A stretch of DNA of 64,000 bases from an uncultured Candidatus Saccharibacteria bacterium (GTDB lineage: Bacteria; Patescibacteriota; Minisyncoccia; Phycocordibacterales; JAKFXT01): positions 84,493 to 148,492 of the forward strand of contig CAYLPX010000001.1 in NCBI GenBank assembly GCA_964385825.1, read 5' to 3'. The notes beneath the pieces were generated by a model that saw only the letters and a list, made by a program, of their open reading frames with translations, was not told the DNA's origin and searched no databases. Shown here one piece after another: positions 8,292 through 17,960 of the stretch (positions are counted from its first letter, which is position 1; every line of letters starts with the position of its first letter). A program made the translations under genes and the position numbers.

Positions 8292-8909
8292 CTATGAACG
8301 ATTACGTAGAGCACTTTTAATAGTTTCGCTATCGGTGTATTCAACTTCAGAGCCAGTTGAGAGTCCGCGGCCAAGGACTGATAGCTTAATTTTGTATTGT
8401 TCACTTAATGGCTTAAGAAGTGAAGTAAGGTAGGAAATAGTATTCTCACCCTCAGCGTTAACCGCAAAAGCAAAAATAACTTCTTTGAGTACTCCGCTTG
8501 TGGCGAGGGTTTCTACATGTGTAAGACAGGGAGTGGCCCGTACTTTTTCTTCAGGATTTTTTTCAAGTATGGGGACAGTTCCGCCAAGTACGAAGTAGTA
8601 GCCACTGTAAGCTCCACTCTTTTCAATATTATCCAAATCTATGTCTTTTTCTACCACCATAAGGAGGCTCTGATCCCTATCGGCATTGCGACAGATGGGG
8701 CAAAGGGGGTTCGTGGTATTCCCGTTGTAGAACCTAAAACAGTTTTTACAGACGCGAATTTCTTTTTTAATGGCTTTGATGAGTTCCGAGAGCTCGTCAA
8801 GATAGCTACTGTTGCGGGAAAGCAAAAAATACACAAAGCGTTTTGCTTGGCGTGGCCCAATACCTGGGAATTCACGGAACTTAGCAGTGAGGGAGTCAAT
8901 GGCAGACAT
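8292..8909 (-). CDS. recR: recombination protein RecR
   Basis: N-terminal HhH (GIGPRQAKR), C4 zinc finger CKNC...CPIC and Toprim domain. Confidence 0.9.
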   Translation of the reverse strand: MSAIDSLTAKFREFPGIGPRQAKRFVYFLLSRNSSYLDELSELIKAIKKEIRVCKNCFRFYNGNTTNPLCPICRNADRDQSLLMVVEKDIDLDNIEKSGAYSGYYFVLGGTVPILEKNPEEKVRATPCLTHVETLATSGVLKEVIFAFAVNAEGENTISYLTSLLKPLSEQYKIKLSVLGRGLSTGSEVEYTDSETIKSALRNRS

Positions 8910-8959
8910 AGGGGGAGTTTATAGCAAAACAGATTATAGTTTATAGTGAAAAATAAAAG

Positions 8960-10402
8960 CTAGAAGGATTCCGCGGCGCTATTATTAGCGTCACTAAAGG
9001 CTCCAAAATCATTTTTATCGATGGAAAGAAAGGTAGTTTTCTTCTCATCAAAGTAAAGATCAACTTTACCGGTGGGACCATTGCGGTGCTTTTCAACCAA
9101 GATCTCAGCAATGTTTACTTTGTCTGAATCTTCTTTGTACTTATCTTCGCGGTGAATAAACATCACTACATCAGCATCCTGTTCAATAGAGCCGGAATCA
9201 CGAAGGTCAGAGAGGCGAGGTTTACCCCCACGTTGCTCTACAGCACGAGAGAGCTGTGAGAGCGCGAGTACTGGCACATCAAGGTCACGGGCCAAATGTT
9301 TGAGCGAGCGAGAAAGTTCGGTTACTTGTTGTACAGCAGAATCAGAGTTACGGGTGTTAATAGGGGTCATGAGCTGGAGGTAATCAACCACAATTAAACC
9401 AAGGCCACCCTCACGCTTCATCCGACGGGCCACAGAGCGCATCTTAAGAATATTGTTACCTGGTTGATCATCAATAGTGATAGGAGCTTTAGAGAGTCGG
9501 TCAAGTGAATCACGAATACGGTTGAAGTCTTCGTCGAGTGAAATATTACCAGTACGCAAACTCCACGCATTGACGCGTGATTCAGCAGCAATCATACGAT
9601 CTACGAGCTGCTCATTACTCATTTCAAGAGAGAAGATGCAGACAGGGTTTTTATGAAGTGTGGATGTTTGACGGGCGATATCAAGGGCTAGTGCAGTTTT
9701 ACCCATTGAAGGACGAGCAGCGAGAATGATGAGATCAGACTTCTGAAGTCCGGCTAGCATATTATCCAAATCCTTAAAACCAGTTTTGATACCACGGACC
9801 TCATTTTTGTTCTGGTGCAATTTTTCAATACGCTCCCAAGCGTCCCCCAGTACATTTTTTAGCTCTATGAATTTCTTCGCGCCTCCCGCATTGTTGGTGA
9901 GTTCAAAGAGTTGATGCTCAGCTTTTTCAAGGAGCATTTCAACTTCTTCATTTTCTTCATATCCAAGATCGTTGATGCCTTCAGCAGCTTCAATCAAAGC
10001 ACGCATCATAAACTTTTTGTAAATGATATCCGCGTAGTACTTAATGTTGGAAGCAGAAGGTACGCTATTTACAAGATCTGTGAGATACGCAGCTCCACCA
10101 ATTTGGTCTAATTGACCCTTCTCGCGCAACTTTGAGGATAGTGAAAGTAGATCAATAGGATCGCTCTTGCTGTAGAGCTCCAACATGCTGGAGAAAATCA
10201 TGCGATGCTTTTCGGCGTAGAAACTTTCAGGACTGATAACGTCAAGCACATCTATCATGGCGTCAGGTCGAAGCATAATAGCTCCGAGGAGTGCGCGCTC
10301 GGAATCAATGTTCTGTGGAGGAACACGAAGACGAGCTAGGTCGTAGCGGGTTTGTTTCCCCTCATAGGTTGGTCTTTGGTTTTGTTTGAAGTCACGCGCC
10401 AT
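8960..10402 (-). CDS. dnaB: replicative DNA helicase DnaB
   Basis: DnaB N-terminal domain and RecA-like core with Walker A ARPSMGKTA. Confidence 0.9.
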   Translation of the reverse strand: MARDFKQNQRPTYEGKQTRYDLARLRVPPQNIDSERALLGAIMLRPDAMIDVLDVISPESFYAEKHRMIFSSMLELYSKSDPIDLLSLSSKLREKGQLDQIGGAAYLTDLVNSVPSASNIKYYADIIYKKFMMRALIEAAEGINDLGYEENEEVEMLLEKAEHQLFELTNNAGGAKKFIELKNVLGDAWERIEKLHQNKNEVRGIKTGFKDLDNMLAGLQKSDLIILAARPSMGKTALALDIARQTSTLHKNPVCIFSLEMSNEQLVDRMIAAESRVNAWSLRTGNISLDEDFNRIRDSLDRLSKAPITIDDQPGNNILKMRSVARRMKREGGLGLIVVDYLQLMTPINTRNSDSAVQQVTELSRSLKHLARDLDVPVLALSQLSRAVEQRGGKPRLSDLRDSGSIEQDADVVMFIHREDKYKEDSDKVNIAEILVEKHRNGPTGKVDLYFDEKKTTFLSIDKNDFGAFSDANNSAAESF

Positions 10403-10498
10403 TAGTAAGATTCTACCACGAGCAGAATTAGAGAAGGGAAGGGAAAAAGGGTCTAAACAGGGGAAAGACTGTGCATAATCCGGTTGAATGACAAGGCT

Positions 10499-10528
10499 AT
10501 TGCTAAATAGTAAAATATGTTATATAAT
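10499..10528 (+). promoter_or_regulatory. sigma70-like promoter (TTGCTA-18-TATAAT, TGt extended -10) for the GC-rich small gene
   Basis: Hexamers read directly. The 5' leader is about 55 nt. Confidence 0.4.
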
Positions 10529-10588
10529 ACAACTCAGTAAGTTTTTCCGATCAACCTTTTGTGGCCTACGGGCCGAGGAGTAAAGAGG

Positions 10589-10891
10589 ATGTTCAATCTC
10601 GTCAATGCCAATCCCGAAAGGGATACCACGCCAGTCGTTCACGTAGAGCGGCTGGCGGACATCATTCACAGCATGCTGGGGGCGAGGATTGTATATCGTC
10701 CTTGGGAAGTGGCAGGGCCGTCCGAGCAGGATGAAATCCTGCTGCAGAAGGCGGAAGAAATCTGCGTGGTCACCGTGAAGGCGGGAGATCGCCGTCAGGC
10801 CTTTGAGGTCCATAACCTTGGGGCCCAATTCATCGGGCTGGTGAAGATTTTGAGTCAGCAGACCGGCTTCGAGTACCGCGCGGTATTCTGA
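10589..10891 (+). CDS. hypothetical protein (100 aa) in a GC-rich islet
   Basis: ATG is preceded by GAGGAGTAAAGAGG. Local GC is clearly above flanking DNA. A canonical terminator follows immediately. Confidence 0.45.
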   Translation: MFNLVNANPERDTTPVVHVERLADIIHSMLGARIVYRPWEVAGPSEQDEILLQKAEEICVVTVKAGDRRQAFEVHNLGAQFIGLVKILSQQTGFEYRAVF

Positions 10892-10909
10892 GACGGTACT
10901 CGGGTGGGT

Positions 10910-10942
10910 GCGCGCAGCAATGCGCGCATTTTTTTATTTTTT
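10910..10942 (+). terminator. intrinsic terminator (gcgcgca-gcaa-tgcgcgc plus T run), shared with the convergent cysS 3' end
   Basis: GC hairpin followed by TTTTTTTATTTTTT. Confidence 0.65.
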
Positions 10943-12310
10943 ACTAACTTTTGTGCCTTCTGGGGTGTCGTCCAAGGAATAACCCATTCCTGCAATTTCA
11001 CTGCGAATGGCGTCAGAGCGAGCAAAATCTTTTTTCTCTCTTGCCACTTCACGTTCTTTGAGTAAGTTTTGTACTGCAATCGGTAGCTCCAACTCTTCTT
11101 CTTTTGCAGTTTTGTCCAAGTGAAGTCCGAGTACTTCATCAAACTTTAGAATTGTCGCTCTTTTATCAGCATCGGATATATCAGATTTTAAAACTTCAAA
11201 CACAAGGGCGAGCGCCTGTGGGGTACCAAGATCATCATCAATAAATTTTCCAAATTTCTCAATACTTGCTTTGTCGGGTGAACCACCCTCCGGCAGGGCG
11301 CTTACTGTTTTGCAAAGGTTGGTATATGCAGTTTGGGCACCCTCTAGTGCCTCAAAGCTGAAGTTCATTGGAGAGTTGTAACGAGATTGTAGTAAAAGAT
11401 ACCGGTATGCAAGTGGGGAAATACTTTTTTCAATAAGTGTCTTGAGGGTAATAAAGTTGTCTCCTGATTTGGCCATTTTTTCTTCTCCCATATTAAGGTG
11501 TGCATTGTGTAGCCAATAGTTCACATACTTTTTATCAGTAGCCTTTTCGGATTGAGCGATTTCGTTTTTATGATGGACGGGAATGTGGTCAATACCACCA
11601 GTATGAATATCAAATGGCTGCCCGAGGTATTTCTCACTCATGGCAGAACATTCTATGTGCCAGCCAGGGAACCCTTTACCCCACGGAGCATTGTACCCAA
11701 GCTCCTCGTTAAATTTCCAGAGAGCAAAGTCACGAGGATTTTTCTTCTCACTATTAGTTCCAATGCGGGAATGCTCGTCGTCTATGGTTGATGCGCCGCC
11801 GAAGTTGTCGTACGAAGGAAAGGTACTTGTATCAAAATAGAGTCCATCGTTGGTGCTGTATGTTGCTCCTTTATCAACAAGTTTTTGAATAAGGCTAATG
11901 TCTTCTGGGATATGGTCACTTGCAAAAGGGAAATGTTCAGGGGTTTCTATATTAAGCGTTGTTAAATCTTCCTTAAATCTTTCAAAATAAAAATCTGCTA
12001 TTTCGCGCATAGCTACAAGGGTCATGGGCTTTCCTTCGCGCTTAAGAGCCCTTGTCATCTTATCGTCGCCATCATCCCCATCACTTGAGAGGTGACCAAT
12101 ATCAGTTACGTTTATAACTTGAGTTACTTTATACCCGTGCCACTGTAGTGCGCGGCGAACTGTGTCTGCAAATACATACGAGCGAAGGTTGCCGATATGG
12201 GCATAGTTGTAGACGGTAGGACCGCAATTATACATACGGACTTCGCCTTCGGTAATAGGCTTAAACTCCTCTTTTTGCTTAGTTAGGGTGTTATAGAAAA
12301 CTAGACTCAT
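10934..12310 (-). CDS. cysS: cysteine--tRNA ligase
   Basis: HIGH motif (HIGN) and KMSKS (KMAKS), with full-length CysRS similarity. Confidence 0.9.
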   Translation of the reverse strand: MSLVFYNTLTKQKEEFKPITEGEVRMYNCGPTVYNYAHIGNLRSYVFADTVRRALQWHGYKVTQVINVTDIGHLSSDGDDGDDKMTRALKREGKPMTLVAMREIADFYFERFKEDLTTLNIETPEHFPFASDHIPEDISLIQKLVDKGATYSTNDGLYFDTSTFPSYDNFGGASTIDDEHSRIGTNSEKKNPRDFALWKFNEELGYNAPWGKGFPGWHIECSAMSEKYLGQPFDIHTGGIDHIPVHHKNEIAQSEKATDKKYVNYWLHNAHLNMGEEKMAKSGDNFITLKTLIEKSISPLAYRYLLLQSRYNSPMNFSFEALEGAQTAYTNLCKTVSALPEGGSPDKASIEKFGKFIDDDLGTPQALALVFEVLKSDISDADKRATILKFDEVLGLHLDKTAKEEELELPIAVQNLLKEREVAREKKDFARSDAIRSEIAGMGYSLDDTPEGTKVSKK

Positions 12311-12488
12311 AAATATGAGTGTATCGTAAAAAATAGGAATTGTAACGTGCTTTAAAAATCTTCAAAACTTTATAATTTTGAGTATAGTTCAAGGCGCGAG
12401 TAGTTTTTACGACTAAGCTGTAGATGGGCTACTGCGCATGAGTAAAAGCTAGAAGCAACGCAGAAATACACCAAAAGTATAAGTTTTA

Positions 12489-13403
12489 CTACAACCAGTG
12501 TTTGTGCTTGAAATACGCAAACATCCCAATAGTCACTGCCACCATAATACCTAAAATATCATAGAAGCCCGTCGCATCGCTCACAATGGGAGTTACGGTG
12601 GTATTCATACCGAAGATTCCGGCAATTAAAGAAAGTGGGAGCATGATAAAAGATATGAGCGCGAGGACTCGCATAGTTTCATTTTGCTTGGTTGAAAGCA
12701 AGGAGTCGTTGGTGGCGCGGAGTTCATTCAACGTGTCAGTATTTGACTCTATAGCACTTTGTACTCGAGAGTAGGCACCCAAAATAGCCTGGACGTAATA
12801 ATTGAAATCTTCGCCAAAGAATTTGCGTACGGCAAGTTCAAGGGAAGCCAGTACTTCATCGTGTAAGGAAAGGGCTTGTTTAAATTGTAAAATCTCGCGA
12901 GCCACTTTAGAAAGTTCAAACACCATTTGACGTTCATTGCCCATAAAAATGCGGTTTTCGATAACCTTGAGCCTATCAGTAACATAGTCTAATTCATGTG
13001 TTAGGGACTTATAGAGTTTCTTAATCATGTGGAAGAAAATGTATCCCGCATGATCTCCTAAACTTTCTTTCTCTAAAATAGCGTTCACCTCAAATACTTT
13101 AGAGAATTTGTGTAGCGCATCTATAGAGTCGTAATGTGTAGTGATGAGAAAGTTCTTGCCGATGACAAAATCTATTTCCTGATTTTGATCTTGGCCATGT
13201 GAGTGGTGGAGAGCGGGGAAGTGGAGGATGAGGTAAATATAATTTTTATATAAATCCACCTTTGGTTTAAGGCTCGGTGTCATGAGATCCTCTGCTACTC
13301 GTGGGTCAAGGCCGTAGGTAGCCATAACCTCACGCACCTCTTCTATAGAAGGGGAAGAGAGATCAATCCAAATTAACTCTTTGTGTGTGTAGCGGGTAAT
13401 CAT
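12489..13403 (-). CDS. corA: magnesium/cobalt transporter CorA family
   Basis: Cytoplasmic domain, two C-terminal TM helices and a GMN motif. Confidence 0.85.
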   Translation of the reverse strand: MITRYTHKELIWIDLSSPSIEEVREVMATYGLDPRVAEDLMTPSLKPKVDLYKNYIYLILHFPALHHSHGQDQNQEIDFVIGKNFLITTHYDSIDALHKFSKVFEVNAILEKESLGDHAGYIFFHMIKKLYKSLTHELDYVTDRLKVIENRIFMGNERQMVFELSKVAREILQFKQALSLHDEVLASLELAVRKFFGEDFNYYVQAILGAYSRVQSAIESNTDTLNELRATNDSLLSTKQNETMRVLALISFIMLPLSLIAGIFGMNTTVTPIVSDATGFYDILGIMVAVTIGMFAYFKHKHWL

Positions 13404-13443
13404 AGATAAGAGAGGGGTCTATGCATTATATAGAAGGAGCTTC

Positions 13444-14769
13444 TTGTTGGTAAGGGGGCTCTTCTGTATAATGCATAAGTATTTCTTTTTTTGTTCAATG
13501 ACTCCAAAATCTCATTTCAAATTATATGTGCTGCCGACCATCTTGGCCGGTCTTTTAATTGCCGGAACTTTTTCACTCGGTGTGTATATAGGTAGTCGTC
13601 ATGCAATGGCTTCGCTTCCCCTTGTAACAACTAGTAGTGGGGCAAAGGTTGATATAGATGCATTTTGGAAAGCATGGGGAATATTGAATGAGCGGTTTGT
13701 GGGTGATGCGATACCAAAAGATCAAGATAAGGTGTATGGAGCTATTGCTGGGCTCGCTGCGTCATATAAAGATCCGTACACGGTCTTTTTCCCACCAGTT
13801 GAGTCTAAAGCTTTTAATGAACAGGTGAGTGGTGCATTCGAAGGAGTGGGTATGGAAGTTGATATAAAAGCGGGAGTGCTCACGGTAGTGGCACCTATTA
13901 AAGATGCTCCAGCAGATAAGGCAGGAATGCTTACGGGAGACCATATTATAAAAATTGATGGCAAGAATACTGCAGGACTTGCGGTTGAAGATGCTATTAA
14001 ACTTATAAAAGGTAAGAAGGGGACAACTGTAGTGCTCACAGTAATTCGGGCAAGTAGAAAAGATCCTTTTGATGTTTCAATCGTTCGTGACACTATAGAT
14101 ATCCCTTCAACTAAAGCGGAGATGCGCAAAGATGGAATCTTTGTCATCAGTATTTATAGTTTCTCGGCTCCTTCATATATTAAGTTCCGTGAGGCCCTCC
14201 GTCAGTTTGTAGAAGCAAAGAGCGATAAACTGATTATTGATTTGCGTAATAACCCAGGTGGTTACTTGGAGGCAGCGGTAGATATTGGCAGCTGGTTCTT
14301 GCCACAGGGGAGTGTGATTGTGAGCGAGGATTATGGTAAGGCTAAAGAACCGCTTTACCACAGAAGTACTGGCTACAATATTTTTAACGATAAGTTGAAA
14401 CTCATTATTCTCATTAATGGCGGCTCAGCCTCAGCTTCTGAAATTTTGGCTGGTGCACTTCATGATCACAATAAAGCACGACTACTTGGAGAAAAAAGTT
14501 TCGGAAAGGGGTCTGTGCAGGAACTAATTCCCATCACATCTGACACGTCTCTTAAGGTGACTATTGCTCGTTGGCTCACTCCGAATGGCACTTCTATTTC
14601 TCACCAAGGGATCGTGCCTGATATTGTGGTGCCCATGACGTTTGATGACTTCAAGGCTAAGGGGGACATTCAAATGGCAAAGGCAGTGGAAACTTTGCTT
14701 AAAGAATCTGCTACCTCTTCCACAGCTTATATACTAAACGCCCCACAATTTACAGTAACAGGACACTAG
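13444..14769 (+). CDS. ctpA: carboxyl-terminal processing peptidase (S41 family, PDZ-containing)
   Basis: PDZ domain and the S41 catalytic region GGSASASEILAGAL...FGKGS. Signal/TM at the N-terminus. Exact start is uncertain. Confidence 0.85.
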   Translation: MLVRGLFCIMHKYFFFCSMTPKSHFKLYVLPTILAGLLIAGTFSLGVYIGSRHAMASLPLVTTSSGAKVDIDAFWKAWGILNERFVGDAIPKDQDKVYGAIAGLAASYKDPYTVFFPPVESKAFNEQVSGAFEGVGMEVDIKAGVLTVVAPIKDAPADKAGMLTGDHIIKIDGKNTAGLAVEDAIKLIKGKKGTTVVLTVIRASRKDPFDVSIVRDTIDIPSTKAEMRKDGIFVISIYSFSAPSYIKFREALRQFVEAKSDKLIIDLRNNPGGYLEAAVDIGSWFLPQGSVIVSEDYGKAKEPLYHRSTGYNIFNDKLKLIILINGGSASASEILAGALHDHNKARLLGEKSFGKGSVQELIPITSDTSLKVTIARWLTPNGTSISHQGIVPDIVVPMTFDDFKAKGDIQMAKAVETLLKESATSSTAYILNAPQFTVTGH

Positions 14770-14838
14770 GCCTTCCGTGGACAGGTGGTAGTAAATACGT
14801 TACTATCCTCTTATTATTATCCGTTTACTTATTCTTAT

Positions 14839-15282
14839 ATGAAGGTTGTATTTCTACAGGATGTCGCGCGTATCGCACACAAATATGATATTAAAGAGGT
14901 TTCTGGAGGTTATGCTTCCAATTTTCTATTTCCACGAAAATTAGCTGTTGTTGCAACCCCAGAAATGATCTCAAAAGTAGAGGGAGAGAGGGCAAAGCAA
15001 AAGGATCTACAGAAGATGCAGGAAGAGTTACTTATGAAAAGTCTCGCTACGCTTGAGGGAACAGTCATTACTTTAAAGGAAAAGGCGAATGAGGAAGGAC
15101 ATTTGTACGCTAAAGTGCAAGCTCCTGAACTTATTAAGGCTCTAAAGGCACAAGCCGGTATAGACTTACAATCTGATCACTTAACTTCTAAGGAGCCACT
15201 TAAGGCGGTGGGGGAACATACAGTAGACATTGAGGTACAAGGTAAGAAGTCTTCGTTTAAGGTTGTTATTGAAGCTTTGTAG
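14839..15282 (+). CDS. rplI: 50S ribosomal protein L9
   Basis: Begins MKVVFLQDV and has the L9 N- and C-domain pattern. Confidence 0.85.
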   Translation: MKVVFLQDVARIAHKYDIKEVSGGYASNFLFPRKLAVVATPEMISKVEGERAKQKDLQKMQEELLMKSLATLEGTVITLKEKANEEGHLYAKVQAPELIKALKAQAGIDLQSDHLTSKEPLKAVGEHTVDIEVQGKKSSFKVVIEAL

Positions 15283-15287
15283 AGAAA

Positions 15288-15324
15288 CAAAAAAACCGGC
15301 GCCCTAGGGCGCCGGTTTTTTTTG
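15288..15324. terminator. bidirectional terminator between rplI and rpmA
   Basis: aaaaaaaccggcgccc-tag-gggcgccggtttttttt. Confidence 0.65.
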
Positions 15325-15326
15325 TT

Positions 15327-15599
15327 TTATTTAACGTGAGCGACTTTCTTGAGAATTGTCTTACCGTCAAAATGAGTCTTGCGAGTAGTACCAAATGAAA
15401 CCAACCCTTCCTTTAGAGCATAAAGAGTATGATCTTTTCCGATGCCCACATTGAGTCCTGGGAGAATACGTGTACCACGCTGGCGGATAATAATAGCGCC
15501 GGCTTTAGCTTTTTCTCCAGCATAAAGCTTCGTACCCAAATACTGGGCGTTTGAGTCTGTCAGGTTTTTGGCGGAACCTCCCGCTTTCCTTGTTGCCAT
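15327..15599 (-). CDS. rpmA: 50S ribosomal protein L27
   Basis: Full-length L27 similarity (GGSAKN...GxKxxxG). Confidence 0.9.
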   Translation of the reverse strand: MATRKAGGSAKNLTDSNAQYLGTKLYAGEKAKAGAIIIRQRGTRILPGLNVGIGKDHTLYALKEGLVSFGTTRKTHFDGKTILKKVAHVK

Positions 15600-15623
15600 A
15601 GCTTAGTTTGTAGTTAGTTCAGA

Positions 15624-16154
15624 GTGGTTTATAGTAGTAAGAGGAATTGTGTAATTCCAAGCGCCACACGAACAACAATGCAGACTACTATAAAGGAATT
15701 GGAGGAAAATAGCAAGGTAGGGGGTGGGGGAAGCATCCCTTGGGGAGTCTCTCATAAAAATGGCTTAAAATATGGGTTTTTAGCCATTTCTGAGGAGGTA
15801 TACCTCGTCAGTATCATTGTTTTGGTTGGACTGCTTGGGTTTGGACTCGGACGACTTTCGACTCGAGAGGAAAAAGTGAAAACCCCAGTAAAACTCATAA
15901 CTTCTGATGCTACTGCACAGGTGGCGCAGGTTTCCTCAAGTATTAGACCCACCGCTTCACCTATTACCGCAGAAGAAGTGCATGGAGCTTCTCCGGCGGT
16001 CGGCACAGAAGTAGTGGCTTCAAAGCAGGGGAGTAAGTATCATTATCCCTGGTGTCCGGGAGCTTCTAAGATTATCGCGGCTAACAAAATAACTTTCGCC
16101 TCAGAAGCGGAGGCAGAGAGCGCAGGATATACTAAGGCCAGTAACTGTAAGTAA
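15624..16154 (+). CDS. hypothetical membrane-anchored protein with a C-terminal Cys-containing motif (YHYPWCPG...AGYTKASNC)
   Basis: Single TM segment and a Ser/Ala-rich linker. The conserved-looking C-terminal about 40 aa resembles a small metal-binding module. The start is probably the internal Met at 15678. Confidence 0.45.
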   Translation: MVYSSKRNCVIPSATRTTMQTTIKELEENSKVGGGGSIPWGVSHKNGLKYGFLAISEEVYLVSIIVLVGLLGFGLGRLSTREEKVKTPVKLITSDATAQVAQVSSSIRPTASPITAEEVHGASPAVGTEVVASKQGSKYHYPWCPGASKIIAANKITFASEAEAESAGYTKASNCK

Positions 16155-16178
16155 GTTTTTCATATATACTATAAACCT

Positions 16179-16778
16179 ATGATTGCATTAGACATTGAAG
16201 CTTCAGGCGTGGATTACCATAAAAACTCCATTATAAGTATAGGGGCACTTGATCTGGAAAACCCTACTAATAGGTTTTATGGAGAGTGTCGTGTGTGGGA
16301 TGGGTCTCATATTGCAGAGGATACGATGGTTTTTTTGCAAATGACTGAAGAGCAGTTTCGGGATCCTACGAAGCAGAGCGAGGCAGAATTACTTGTGAAA
16401 TTTTTAGCATGGTGTGAGGGGGTGCGAGATCGAACTTTTTTAGGTCAAAATATTTCATTTGATCGGGACTATATAAAAGCTGCTTGTGAACGTATACACC
16501 ACGACTATCCTTTTGCGCACCGAACGGTAGATACCCACTCTCTTTGTTATATGCACATGGTAAAGAGGGGAGTTACTCCACCCTTTAATGAAGAACACCA
16601 CCGTACTGCCCTTAATTTGGATGCTATTCTCCTGTACTGTGGAATTCCTGAAGAGCCTCAACCCCACAATGCATTAACAGGAGCGCTTTCTCATGCTGAG
16701 GTGGCCTATAGATTACTCTATGACAAAAAGTTTTTGCCAGAATTTGATAAGTTTGAAATTCCGTGGCAAAAGGCGTAG
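16179..16778 (+). CDS. DEDD-family 3'-5' exonuclease domain protein (DnaQ-like)
   Basis: Exo I motif IALDIEASG and an HNALTGAL Exo III-like motif (partly degenerate). Confidence 0.5.
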   Translation: MIALDIEASGVDYHKNSIISIGALDLENPTNRFYGECRVWDGSHIAEDTMVFLQMTEEQFRDPTKQSEAELLVKFLAWCEGVRDRTFLGQNISFDRDYIKAACERIHHDYPFAHRTVDTHSLCYMHMVKRGVTPPFNEEHHRTALNLDAILLYCGIPEEPQPHNALTGALSHAEVAYRLLYDKKFLPEFDKFEIPWQKA

Positions 16779-16789
16779 GATACTACCAT

Positions 16790-16999
16790 ATGGAACATAA
16801 TCTAAAAAAGAAACTTTATTTATCAGTAACAGATAGGAAAATTGCTGGTGTTCTCGGGGGTCTTGGAGCATATTTCGAAATTGACTCAACTTTGCTCCGT
16901 TTAGCCTTCCTGCTCCTTTTAGTCTGCACCGCTTTTTTCCCAATGACTGTTTTCTATCTTCTTGCGTGGGTGGTTATCCCTGAGCAATCAAACTCATAA
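16790..16999 (+). CDS. PspC-domain membrane protein
   Basis: The DRKIAGVLGGLGAYFEIDSTLLRL PspC signature followed by one TM segment. Confidence 0.6.
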   Translation: MEHNLKKKLYLSVTDRKIAGVLGGLGAYFEIDSTLLRLAFLLLLVCTAFFPMTVFYLLAWVVIPEQSNS

Positions 17000-17011
17000 T
17001 TAGAAAGTGTT

Positions 17012-17039
17012 AAAAAAACTGTCCAAAGACAGTTTTTTG
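17012..17039. terminator. bidirectional terminator
   Basis: aaaaaactgtc-caaa-gacagtttttt. Confidence 0.6.
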
Positions 17040-17084
17040 TTTTTAATATTGGAAGTAGTTTGTGTGTTATACCCACTCCTTTTA

Positions 17085-17100
17085 GTCGGGATATTGGGAG
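17085..17100 (-). repeat. degenerate copy (15 of 16 nt) of the tRNA-Pro 3' end, 25 bp downstream of the tRNA
   Basis: gtcgggatattgggag compared with gtcgggatactgggag at 17123-17138. Confidence 0.5.
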
Positions 17101-17123
17101 CGTTACGTCTTTTCAAAACCCTG

Positions 17124-17195
17124 TCGGGATACTGGGAGTCGAACCCAGTGTTATGTGCACCCCATGCACATGTGTTACCGGTACACTATACCCCG
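17124..17195 (-). tRNA. tRNA-Pro (anticodon GGG)
   Basis: Minus-strand cloverleaf. Acceptor CGGGGTA pairs with TATCCCG. D stem is GTGT/ACAC. Anticodon stem TGTGC/GCACA carries loop ATGGGGT. T arm is CTGGG-TTCGACT-CCCAG. CCA is not encoded. Confidence 0.85.
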
Positions 17196-17298
17196 ACAGG
17201 ATTTTTAAAAGCCAGAATTTTTTAATTGTATACAATATAAAAAAATTCGTTCTGTATGTCCACTAAGTAAAGAAGTTTACTTAGATGGCTATCCAGAA

Positions 17299-17335
17299 CC
17301 CCCATGCACGTGTGTTACCGATACACTATACCCCG
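17299..17335 (-). repeat. copy of the tRNA-Pro 5' half (acceptor 5' strand through the anticodon loop; about 35 nt, 2 mismatches plus 1 extra C), 108 bp upstream of the tRNA and 3 nt from the stop of the adjacent gene
   Basis: cccatgcacgtgtgttaccgatacactataccccg compared with 17161-17195. Confidence 0.7.
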
Positions 17336-17338
17336 TAC

Positions 17339-17893
17339 TTATTGCTCAATAGTATAAGACTTATAAAGCGTAACTGGAAGTCCCGCAGCTTCAGCTTTTT
17401 TTATAGTGTCACCAGTACCATAACTCTTGTTTACATGGAAGGCATAGACTTCATCGGAAAAAGTAACTTCTTCAATATGTCGTAGATCATACTGGTCTTG
17501 GGTTATGTCCCCACTGTCTTTGCGTACTTCAAACATTGAACTTGGATTTCTTTGTTTTATTATTTTTAAAATATACTCAATGTTATCTATGTCAGCATCA
17601 GTAATAGTTTCTGGTTTCCAGTTTTTGCGATAGTCAGCGATGAAATGGTCGAGTCGAGCAGGGATAAAGATGCGGATGCGGGTGCAGTCAGGGTTCAATT
17701 TTACAAACTCGTCCATAGCGAAATAGTCTACGCCGGTAGCTCCTCCAGTGACAAGGCCATCACCACGTTCAAAAACTTTGCGGGCCGCCTCGCGCACGTC
17801 TTGCTCCACTTCTTTATTCCATAGTCGCCATGACCCAGTGAAAATTACCCAGCGCATAAGGTATGAAAATACCATATTTTTGCCATTTTTCAT
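17339..17893 (-). CDS. DprA/Smf-like (SLOG-type) Rossmann-fold protein, single domain
   Basis: VIFTGSWRL, GDGLVTGGATGVDYFAMDE and IRIFIPARLDHF match the three conserved DprA/LOG Rossmann motifs. ATG at 17893 lies directly after the DoxX terminator. Confidence 0.45.
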   Translation of the reverse strand: MKNGKNMVFSYLMRWVIFTGSWRLWNKEVEQDVREAARKVFERGDGLVTGGATGVDYFAMDEFVKLNPDCTRIRIFIPARLDHFIADYRKNWKPETITDADIDNIEYILKIIKQRNPSSMFEVRKDSGDITQDQYDLRHIEEVTFSDEVYAFHVNKSYGTGDTIKKAEAAGLPVTLYKSYTIEQ

Positions 17894-17908
17894 AGAGGTG
17901 CTGAGATA

Positions 17909-17939
17909 CAAAAAAACCGGAGAAGACCCCGGTTTTTTT
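17909..17939. terminator. bidirectional terminator (aaaaaaaccgg-agaagacc-ccggttttttt)
   Basis: Read directly. Confidence 0.6.
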
Positions 17940-17960
17940 GTTTTGAATGTCAGCTTCGGA

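Noticed and set aside
10520-10828. Minus-strand 102-aa ORF opposite the GC-rich small gene
   Set aside because: The plus-strand ORF has a promoter, SD and a correctly oriented U-run terminator. The minus ORF has none of these.
17160-17340. Split or permuted tRNA gene (5' half encoded separately)
   Set aside because: The full tRNA-Pro is intact nearby. The isolated 5' half carries mismatches and an extra C and has no complementary leader. It is more simply a duplication or integration scar.
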